Of a stretch of 64,000 nt of DNA, positions 42,201-54,200 are shown piece after piece; the first letter of the stretch is position 1, and every line of letters begins with the position of its first letter. The notes beneath the pieces were generated by a model. It ran no database searches. It was not told where the DNA came from and worked only from the letters and a program-made list of their open reading frames with translations. The DNA is from Antedon mediterranea (lineage: Eukaryota > Animalia > Echinodermata). The stretch covers positions 14,804,795 to 14,868,794 of the forward strand of contig NC_092670.1 in assembly GCF_964355755.1 (NCBI RefSeq). Reading direction: 5' to 3'. The position numbers and the translations under genes were made by a program.

Positions 42201-45200
42201 ATCAACAACTACAGCACCAACAACTGGATCGGCAACAACAACTAAAATTCCAACAACTATGTCGACAACAACACCTGAAATGCCAACAACTATGTTGACA
42301 ACAACTTCGACAACTACAGTTACAACTGAAGTACCAACAACTACAGCAACAACTACAACACCAACACCTCCAGGTAAGTATGCTAATTTTATTAACCCGG
42401 TTATATAAACACATTTTAAAATCCATATATTACAATAGCGCATAACACAATTACCTGCCTTTGATTATGCAGAAAGATGTTGCTGGACCGATTGGCTGGA
42501 TAGTTCAAAACCTGACCCATTTAATGGAGGTGACTTCGAAACATTGGAACAACTAAATACATTGTATGATGTGTGTGCCGATCCTTTAAAAATTGAATGC
42601 AGATTAAGAGGCAGTGGTATCATGTATAATCTTACTGGCCAACAAGTAACTTGTGATATTTATAATGGATTGGAATGTATAAACAGAAACCCTCCATCTG
42701 ACATTTGTTATAACTATGAGGTGAAATTGTGTTGTCCATGTAATACAACGACAGAGGCACCAACAACTACATCACCAACAACTACATCAACCACTACATC
42801 ACCAACGACTACATCAACCACTACATCACCAACAACTATATCAACCACTACATCACCAACAACTATATCAACCACTACCTCACCAACAACTACATCAACC
42901 ACTACATCAACAACAACTACATCAACAACTACAATACCAACAACTACATCAACCACTACATCACCTACAACTACATCACCAACAACTACATCAACCACTA
43001 CATCACCAACAACTACATCAACCACTACATCACCAACAACTACATCAACAACTACAATACCAACAACTACATCAACCACTACATCACCAACAACTACATC
43101 AACCACTACATCACCAACAACTACATCAACCACTACATCACCAACAACTACATCAACCACTACATCGCCAACAACTACATCAACAACTACATCACCAACA
43201 ACTACATCAACAACTACATCACCAACCACTACATATACCACTACATCACCCACAACTATATCAACCACTACATCACCAACAACTATATCAACCACTACCT
43301 CACCAACAACTACATCAACCACTACATCACCAACAACTACATCAACAACTACAATACCAACAACTACATCAACCACTACATCACTTACAACTACATCACC
43401 AACAACTACATCAACCACTACATCACCAACAACTACATCAACCACTACATCACCAACAACTACATCAACAACTACAATACCCACAACTACATCAACCACT
43501 ACATCACCAACAACTACATCAACAACTACAGCACCAACAACTGGATCGGCAACAACAACTGAAATTCCAACAACTATGTCGACAACAACAACTGAAATGC
43601 CAACAACTATGTTGACAACAACTTCGACAACAACTACACCGACGACTACATCAACCACTACATCACCAACAACTACATCAACGACTACATCACCAACAAC
43701 TACATCAACCACTACATCACCAACAACTACATCAACCACTACATCACCAACAACTACATCAACAACTACATCAACCACTACATCACCAACCACTACATCA
43801 CCAACAACTACATCAACGACTACATCACCAACAACTACATCAACCACTACATCACCAACAACTACATCAACAACTACAGCACCAACAACTACATCAACCA
43901 CTACATCACCAACAACTACATCAACAACTACATCAACCACTACATCACCAACAACTATATATACCACCACATCACCGACAACTACATCATCAACAATTAC
44001 ATCAACCACTACATCACCCACAACTACATCAACCACTACATCACCAACAACTACATCAACCACTACATCACCAACAACCACATCAACAACTACATCACCA
44101 ACAACTACATATACCACCACATTACCGACACCTACATCATCAACAATTACATCAACCACTACATCACCCACAACTACATCAACAACTACATCACCAACAA
44201 CTACATCACCAACAACTACATCAACCACTACATCACCCACAACTATATCAACCGCCACATCACCAACGATTACATCAACCACTACATCACCAACAACTAC
44301 ATCACCAACAACTACATCAACCACTACATCACCAACAACTACATCAACCACTACATCACCAACAACTTCATCAACCACTACATCACCAACAACTACATCA
44401 ACCACTACATCACCAACAACTACATCAACCACTACATCACCAACAACTACATCAACCACTACATCACCAACAACTACATCAACCACATCACCAACAACTA
44501 CATCAACCACTACGTCACCGACGACTACATCAAACACCACATCACCAACAACTACATCAACCACCACATCACCAACAACTACATCAACCACTACATCACC
44601 AACAACTACATCAACAACTACATCAATCACTACATCACCAACAACTACATCACCAACAACTACATCAACCACTACATCACCAACAACTATATCAACCACT
44701 ACATCACCAACAACTACATCAACAACTACATCAATCACTACATCACCAACAACTACATCACCAACAACTACATATACCACCACATCACCGACAACTACAT
44801 CATCAACAATTACATCAACCACTACATCACCCACAACTACATCAACCACTACATCACCAACAACTACATCAACAACTACATCACCAACAACTACATCAAC
44901 CACTACATCACCAACAACTACATATACCACCACATCACCGACAACTACATCATCAACATTTACATCAACCACTACATCACCCACAACTACATCCACAACT
45001 ACATCACCAACAACTACATCAACCACTACATCACCAACAACTACATCAACCACTACATCACCAACAACTACATATACCACAAAATCACCGACAACTACAC
45101 CATCAACAATTACATCAACCACTACATCACCCACAACTACATCAACCACCACATCACCAACAACTACATATACCACCACATCACCGACAACTACATCATC

Positions 45201-48200
45201 AACAATTACATCAACCACTACATCACCCACAACTACATCAACCACTACATCACCCACACCTACATCAACCACTCCATCACCAACGACTACACTAACGACT
45301 ACATCAACAACTACATCACCGACGACTACATCCACCACTACATCACCAACAACTACATCAACGACTACATCACCAACAACTACATCAACAACTACATCAA
45401 CCACTACATCACCAACAACTACATCACCAACAACTACATCAACCACTACATCACCAACAACTATATCAACAACTACAGCACCAACAACTACAGCAACCAC
45501 TACATCACCAACAACTACATCAACCAATACATCGCCAACAACTACATCAACCACTACATCGCCAACAACTACATCAACAACCACCACATCACCAACAACT
45601 ACATTAAGAACTACAACATCTCCTCCACCGCCTGAGTATTCGTGTGAATTCTATTGTGACTCATTTACTCTGTTTGATGAAACAAAATTCGACTTTAAAG
45701 TTTGTGATAGCATTGTTACACAAACAGTTGATCAAGATCCAATACTTGAAGTTAAAGGTAGTGTATTGTTTAATTTTATTTCTGCCTATTTAATGGATTA
45801 TAAACAATTCTCTCAGGGAGATTTCCAATACTTTCAAAATTGTCAACATTTGTTTCTAATGGCAAAAGAGAATGTATAAAACACTTTTTTATATTTCAAT
45901 TTTTAGTTCGTAGACCAACAACAAACAATAATTCATGTTGCCATTGTGATTTTGAGTTGGAAGTGATTATTGGCACATATTCCATTGTTGTACTGGATGA
46001 CATGTTCAGAATAAACTCAGTACCCATCAGTAGAGCGTCGATTTCAGCATTCAGTCAGAAATTGAAAGAAGATACCGGTGCCACTGTAAAACTGGTTCGT
46101 TTAGATATTTTTTCAGAAATGATTATTTCACTAGAAATTTATATGATTTTCAATGGTTTTAATGTTGCCTTTATAAGAATAGATAATAGTTTAAATTTTC
46201 AACATAATTTATAATGTTTTCGGGAACAGAGATTATGATGTTCTCTTAAGAATTCATTTTTTTATCTTCTAAGTAGGGCAAGAACAGATCCAGGTAATGT
46301 TATGGAGCCCCTCTACTCCAGCCTTTTCACAGCTAAAATTAAATTACTTTTAACTATTTTCATTATTAAATGCTATTTTACAGCCCTAACGTTGGCCTAC
46401 ATACTGATCTATATATTTAAATGTTATTAAGAATTGAATAAGAAAAATGAGTTGCTGGTCTCTCTCACACAAAGGCAATGACAATGATGTATCAGTAATT
46501 AACATGTGATGTAATAATCAATTATAAATTTCCTTATAAAACTGCTTAATAAATCATCATGTAGCTAGCAGAATCGATCATGTGACATGAACCACCACGC
46601 CTATATATAATACGATATATCCACCTTATTCCGCAGATACACATGATAGTATTGTTTTTATTTGCAGATTGGACAGACCGTTATCATTGACTCCAATAAT
46701 GGCATGACAATAAAATGGAAAGATAACACACTACTAAATATTGATGTGTCCAATAAATATAAAGGCAAACTGGAGGGTTTATGTGGACAAATTAATGGAG
46801 ATTTAACTGATGATGATGTTTCAATTTCATCAGAAGGAGATATGTGTGTTTGTAATGACTATGAGTGTAGAAATTGTTCAACTGTTTATCCAGATCTTCC
46901 AAATATTTGTGACCGTCTATGGTATTTATTTATTTTTTCATTTTTTGTTATCTGTCGGGCCTTTTCAATTCTTAAATGTACAATAACATTTCTTTGGCAA
47001 AATTCTTTCATAATTGCATTGCTATAGTAAAATTGTGTATCTAGTATTCAAACAAACGAAATGACAATGTCATACAATGTTTTTGAGTGTGTTGAATCAG
47101 GGAAGTTCACTCTTCCCTGGTTGATTTGTCATGGAAACAAATAATCAATATGTAATTAATGTATGTTTATAATAAATTGTACTTTCTAGGGAACCTGGTT
47201 TTTCTCGCTGTGAACCGTATGTCAATATCAGCAAGTATGTAGGAATGTGTAAACAACATATTTGCGATTGTGTTGAAAAGTCTAATGTTACAAAAACAGA
47301 TCCTAAATTTGGTGATGTTGCAGATGCCTGTGCATGTGAAATATTTGAACAGTTTATGTATGAATGCCACAACCATGCGGAAAACACTGGTTGCTATGAT
47401 TGGCGGACTGTAGAAATATGTCGTAAGTAAATTACCAGAAGTACAGAGTACTGACCACGTTGAATGCACCTCTCACTTAATGTAAGTGAAGGTCCGATGA
47501 TGATGAACCCTAACCCCACTTTTATTATACTGGTTATTAAAGCCTTGTACAGATTTTGTTGAGTTGAGAAAGTATATATTTACACAAAACCATTTTTTTA
47601 ATCTACAAAAAGCTCTTTCTAGCACCAAATGCCCAGGAAATCAAATATGGAAAGAGTGTGGTAGTACATGCGAGTGGACTTGTGATCTAAAAGGGCAACT
47701 GATCGAGGACTGTAAGACTGGAATTTCACCAGGTTGCTACTGTCCATCCGACAAGGTCAGGGACGGAGAAAAATGTGTTGATAGGGATCAATGCAAAGAT
47801 TGTAAGTCTTATTTTTACACATGAAATATAGTATACAAATACCATAAGAGAAGAGAAGAATAAAGTATTTTCGCCATTTTTCATATTTTTGAAATGCCTT
47901 TTTTCCAAAGGTGTTTGTGTGGGATATGGTGATCCACATTATTTTACATACGACAAGAAATACTTTGCTTTCCAAGGAGAATGTACATACGTATTGTCAC
48001 GTCACTCTTTACCAAACTATGACTTTGAAATATATGCATCGAATGAGAAATGTGTAAATGCACCAACCACTTCGTGCGTGTACCAGATTATTGTGTTCTA
48101 TAACAATCACAATGCTACAATTGCCCGTGAAAGACGAGTAAGTCTGAAATTATTATTTTGTAATTTTACTGAATGTAAACGGAATTAAAATGTTCTTCTA

Positions 48201-51200
48201 GGGAAGGCATATGGTGCAGTGTATTATAGGCCTTAGACATCTGATTCAGGGATCATGAGTTTGAAAGCAAAACTTTTGTGTCCTTAGGCAAGACTCTTAT
48301 GCTAGCCTCTTTCTGCCTACGTGCAAAATAGGTACCTCAGTAGGGTCAACTCTTAATATTCGTCAATGGACCTTTTTTGGTAGTAAATGAGTTAGTATTC
48401 AACCACGGTTGAGATATGGCAGGCTCTCTCCGAGATTAAACATATTTTCTTGGATTATTTTTTTTTTGCACTAGGTCTCAATAGATGGTGGTGATTGGAT
48501 AACAGTACCTCCAAAGTACCAAGGTCATGGATTCATAATCCAACCAAAAGGCTTCTTCCAAGTTCAATTAATCATTGAGGCCATACACTTGGAAGTAACG
48601 TATGACTATATCAGTGATGCCTTCATTGTAATGATACCTTCCAGTCGATACTTTAACCAAACAGAAGGACTTTGTGGTATGTGCTACATTTGTTGTATAT
48701 ATTAATATACTTATATTTACTAATATACTTATGTTGTATCTATTATGTTGTATCTTATTCTCATCTATTTTAGTGTAATAAAATGAATCAAAGGTGTTTT
48801 TTTTTTAAATTAGGAATCTGTAACCATGACCCCTCTGATGACTTGACAATGCCGAATGGCACGATCACGGAAAACACAGACGAATTTGGATTTAGTTGGC
48901 TTGTGGAGGGCTCAAATTGCACCAAGCCTCCCAAACCTACTTGCAGCGATAATATCAAAGAAGCTGAAGAACTATGTGCCCCATTTTATCAATCACCGTT
49001 ATCAAACTGTAAAATGCTGATAGATCCTACGCCATATTATAAAGCATGTCTGTATGATACCTCATGTGGACAGGGTCCATGTGACACACTGGCAACGTAT
49101 GCTAGGATGTGTAATGAAAAAGGAGGGATGTGTATTGAATGGAGACAAGCAGTTGGTATTTGCAGTACGTTTGTTTTTTACTTTATTTACCATAAAAATG
49201 ATTCAACAGCAATTTTAAAGGTCCACGATGTTTGCAGTTATGCAAATCCTTACATAGAAAGAGAATACAAATTCCAAAATCGGCAGAATGTTCTGCAGGT
49301 TTTTTTAACAACCTTAATTTATTTTTCTGCAAAGGTAATTATATGAAAATATATAAAAGATAATGAATACCAACAGTAACGCACGATATTTCATTATTAT
49401 GTAGGCTACCCTGAATGTGAAGCGCCAATGGAGTACAAGGCATGTCATGATGGTTGTCTTATACAAGGATGTGATGAGTGGGAAGACCATAAGCAAGAAG
49501 TCTGCGAACAGACAGATCTTGAAGGTTGTTACTGTCCTGATGGATTCATTATGAACAGTACTGGGCAGTGTGTCAATCCTGAGGTCTGCAGTAAGTAATT
49601 ATTTAATAATCGCATGGTTCCCACTAGTGACGCAACACATAATTCAATGCAACGACCTATTAAACACAAAACTCTGTATTGCGTAATCAAAAATGGAAAC
49701 TGATGCAAAAACAAATATCTCACTTGATATGTCACTTCAAATGTTTCTGCTGAAAAGATTTTTAAAAAAACGGTTTTCTAAAACTATTTTTTTTAACAAA
49801 TAGATTGGGGCGACGCTTAATTGCTTTACGAAACCGTTTCCAAAAAAAAAAACCCAGTCATTTGATCTAGACCAGTATACATTTTTAAAAGATTTTTTAA
49901 AAGCATTTCATTTTGCGTGGATCCGTTTCTACTGGCAAGAAAATACCGTTTTTTTTTTAAAGGGTATTAAAAAAACAGATTTGGTTACTCAGCAGAAACA
50001 GTAATTACAAACAATTTACTTAGTCTGATTTTTTTTACAGTATATTGTGAATACCAAGGTGTAAGGTATGAAACTGATGACGTTTGGATGATTAGTGCAT
50101 GTTTAATGGGAAGATGTATTAACAAAACGGTTGTTATTAGTGAAATACAGTGTGCAATACCTCCCACATGTGGACCAGATGAAACATTGAACACACGTAA
50201 TGTCGACGGAGTTTGCTGCCCCCAGTATGATTGTTGTAAGACATAAATTTTAATTAAAATTAAGATTATAAATGTCTTTCCATTATATGGTTCATCAAGT
50301 ATGATGCTATTTTATGATTGTTTTACAGTACCTGTTTCTCATTTTAAGTATGCAATTATCAACGTGCTACTGCCCCACTATGTCCAGTATAGATGCAATT
50401 GTTTGTCTGTTTCTGCGCCTCCATGCCTATATTTACTATCAGCACTAACATATACAGTATGCACTTATCAACGTGCTACTGCCCTACTATGTCCAATTTA
50501 GAAGCAATTGTTCGCCTGCTTCTGTGCCCATATGTTTACTATTATATAGCAACCAACATATAAAGTATGCAATTGTCCACATGCTATTGCATGTAGTATA
50601 GTATGAAATTGTCCATGCACTAATGCGCTACCATGCCAATGTTACTATTTATCATTTATAGTATGCAATTGTGTAAACGTTACGGTGCCACCATGTTCAT
50701 TTGGTTATGAGGTAAAAACGACATACACACAAACTAACTGTAGTTGTCCTATACCAAAATGTGGTAAGTATTGACGTACACTTTACTATTGGCATTCACA
50801 CCATACATTATTGCAAAATTTGTATCACGATAGATGCCTGTTTTAGTCTTTATCAATTTTCCAACTTCATTGTGGCTGTCAAATGAGGAAGGGGAAAATC
50901 TAGCAATACTACCTGGCCCCTGGATCCGACGTTGACTAAATATGGTAATAAGTTTTGAGTAGTAGGCTTTTTCCAGATGCTTTGACTGCATTTTAAGGGA
51001 CCATTAAAATTAATAGACCCTGACCTTAAATACAATCATTTGCACTTTAAAGTTGTTGTTTCTTGTCACAGATTTCATAGGAATGTGAAACAAAACAAAT
51101 ATATAAATGTATGGTGTGAAAAAGATAGACAATATTATAAAGAGATCTTTCTATGGAAACTACCACTAATAATTTAAAAATTAGGTTATGAACAGAATAT

Positions 51201-54200
51201 CAGCAGACATTGTGGAAAAGGGAACTCGGAATAAGCTTGTGTGATACACACACATAAATCGCTAACACCATAATGATTACACAAACTCTCATGGATGTTC
51301 AATGTTTGTTTTTTTAACAGTTCCTCAAGACGTATGTCTGTTAAACACCACTGATGAACTCCTATTGCTACAGGTACAGGTTTTACATAACCAGTAGAAC
51401 CCTGTTTAAGCATACACCTGCTTGAATCAAAGAAATCTAACAACAGGACCACGAGCGTGTGAAAGTGTTCATCTGTGGCTGCGACACGATCATTGGCATT
51501 TGTCGCAGCCAGCCATAAGATTAAAGGACTGTTACGAGTTCCTATCTTGGCAAGGAAACTTCATCATCCTGTTGTTAGATTGCTTTGCTTGGATTTAACG
51601 CATGACAGTGTGTGAAATATTGAGATATTGACCTGACGCTTAAACAAGTATATAGATTTAAATTTTAGTAAAACTAACGAGATGTTAATTGATTTCAATG
51701 TTAAATATAAGACTGAAGTTCAATAAAAAGAATCAAATAAACAAATAATCTGAATACACTTAAACTTCGACAACAAATGTTTGTTCTGATAAGATTACAT
51801 TCCTTTAAAGTAGATAAAAAAATAATTTATCCTTTTTATAAATCTATTGTACAAAGTATTATGACTTTCTATATGGTTGTTTTTACAATTCCTTCAGAGA
51901 AAGCGATAAGAAGCTGTTACTTGGGATTCATTATTCCAGCCAGTAGGATTATAGGCAATTATAGTCACACCACTGGATATTTTAAAAACGACTTTATTTT
52001 AAAAAAGATTAGAAATATCATGAGTGATAAAACTCAATATCTTTCTTAGTTAGTTCTCGAAGCTGCAGATTAGTGATCATGAGAAAAATAAATACTGAGC
52101 GCTATAATAAATCGTTCATTCCCACTGCAGTTAGATCCTAAAATAGTAGTTAATGGAAACGCTGTGCAATATGATTGGTTTTACTTGATTTTAGCATATT
52201 TTGGATTTATGAAAGTTGTGATTGTGTTTATCTTGTGTGTATTTTAACGCTTTTATGAAATTGTACTACAATTTAGGAGTTTTAGGATAATAAAGTGTTA
52301 TTGTATTGTATTGTATGGTGTTGAAAAGATGGATATTTCCGATATTTCACAGGGTTTGTAAACCTGTGTGTAAAAACAAAAACAAAATATCTCGAAGAGA
52401 TTGAAATTGTTATGTAATTTGTATGTATTGTGAAGAGGGTGTTTAATGTGTTAAGCTGATTTTACCTTTATAAATATGATTTGTATTATCAAGTATTTCT
52501 TTATTTACAGCCTGGTGAGAAAACAAAAATTGATGAATGCACTGTCTGTAATTGTTTGACTGACGAACCCCTTGATGGTAACTTTTATCAATACACATGT
52601 TTTTCCGAGCAATGTTCTGAGTGTGGAAAGGTGAAACTTTTATATTTATATTCAAGATAGTTTTGTTTACACCATACTCATCGCCAATGTAACGTTGCCT
52701 CTGTAAGCATTTCTGTCTAGTCAATAACAAGAATCTCCTGTTCGTCCGAAGCGCGTAACAATTTCGAAAGGCATTGTGGGATAGAATAGAGCTATGAGTG
52801 GCGCCATTGTGAGCCATGGAGTAGGGCGCCCGCATCAAATTAGAAAGTCAAAATCATAGAGGGGATCTGCTAATGCTCTAGGGGGGATAGAGTAATTGAC
52901 TGAGGAGTAGAGCGCCCGCATCAAATTAGAAAGTCAAAATCATAGAGGGGATCTGCTAATACTCTAGGGGGGTTAGAGTATTGACTTCCTAGTTTGGAGG
53001 GGGCGCTGCTCCATGCTGTGAAATGGCGTCGCCCAGTTTGACCTTTTAACCCTGTACTTCCGATACTGTGTTTTGAATGCAAATTGAAGAACAGGAGATT
53101 CTTGTGTTATAAGTTCTTTGCTTACACTAAAGGCAGACCAACACTATAATATCCCCATGTATTCCTCTATTTACCTCATAATTATTTAAATAGGCTGTTG
53201 TCAATGTGTAAACTTTTATTCATCACTCTGTAGTATAAAAACATACAGAACCAAAGCAGTAGGCCTATTCATTGAATTTATGAAAAGATCATTCAAACAT
53301 GTAGTATAGATGAATTATTCTGTTAGGTTTATGTACTGAATTAAAGAATTTTTCTTACGATCCTATTTTAATGTAGGGCTATTTGAGAATACCAATTAAT
53401 GGAAGTTGTTGTGGCGAATGCAGAAAAGAATTTTGCATCGATCATAAAGGTCATTTAAAAGAGGTGGGTATCATTCCTATGTTTACTGGCACTGTAGCTT
53501 GGTAAGTTACATTTAGAACGTTTTCAGTGAAATGGTACAAACAATTTTTTTCAGGATAAAGATGAAAGGTTTTTTTTTCAGTTTTCAACGAATGTAATGA
53601 TTTGTTTCATTTTTTTTCGGTTTTTTTTCTTCAAAAAACTAGTAGTACTAGCTTGGTGGTTGAATGTGATTGTCTAGCAATCCAGAGGTCCAGTACTGAC
53701 CAACCAAAATAAATTTAGTTAATAAGCACTACAAAGTTTAGTTTTCTATCCTCTAATTGGCTAGTTTTTCTCGCTGTTGGATTTTTATGAAATTGTAACA
53801 AATGTTTACATTTTTTCTTCTTAATAGGGTGGTAGTGAGTGGTCTCCGACAAATTGTGAAACATGTAAATGTACTTCAAATGGTGACGAGGTGATAGAAA
53901 GATGTACAACTAAAATCTGCCCACCATTTAATGAAACTGCATGCCTTGCTGAAGACGTAAGTAAACTTCTAATTTTTAATGGGCCCATAGCATGAACAAC
54001 TCAAATGCAGCAGCTACCCAGCGTTGGAAGGGCCTCAGGAGTGCTAAACCAGGGGCATCTGTGACTTCATCCATTCATTGTCTGTTTTTGGACATTCGTT
54101 CGATGTTCAATCAGGCCAATAAAGAAGATAATCACAATCACTTATCATTTTCACATTAAGGAAGTGTAGTTTTTGTAGGTTTACAGGGGTAAATAAAGAT

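Noticed and set aside
41366-42245. Alternative-frame ORFs (QLHQPLHH..., NNYINHYIT...)
   Set aside because: Other frames of the same 27-bp repeat; no splice or start context.
40167-45587. Long minus-strand Val/Asp/Gly ORFs (208, 459 and 957 aa)
   Set aside because: Antisense shadows of the ACA/ACT/TCA/CCA PTS repeat; that frame lacks stops by composition.
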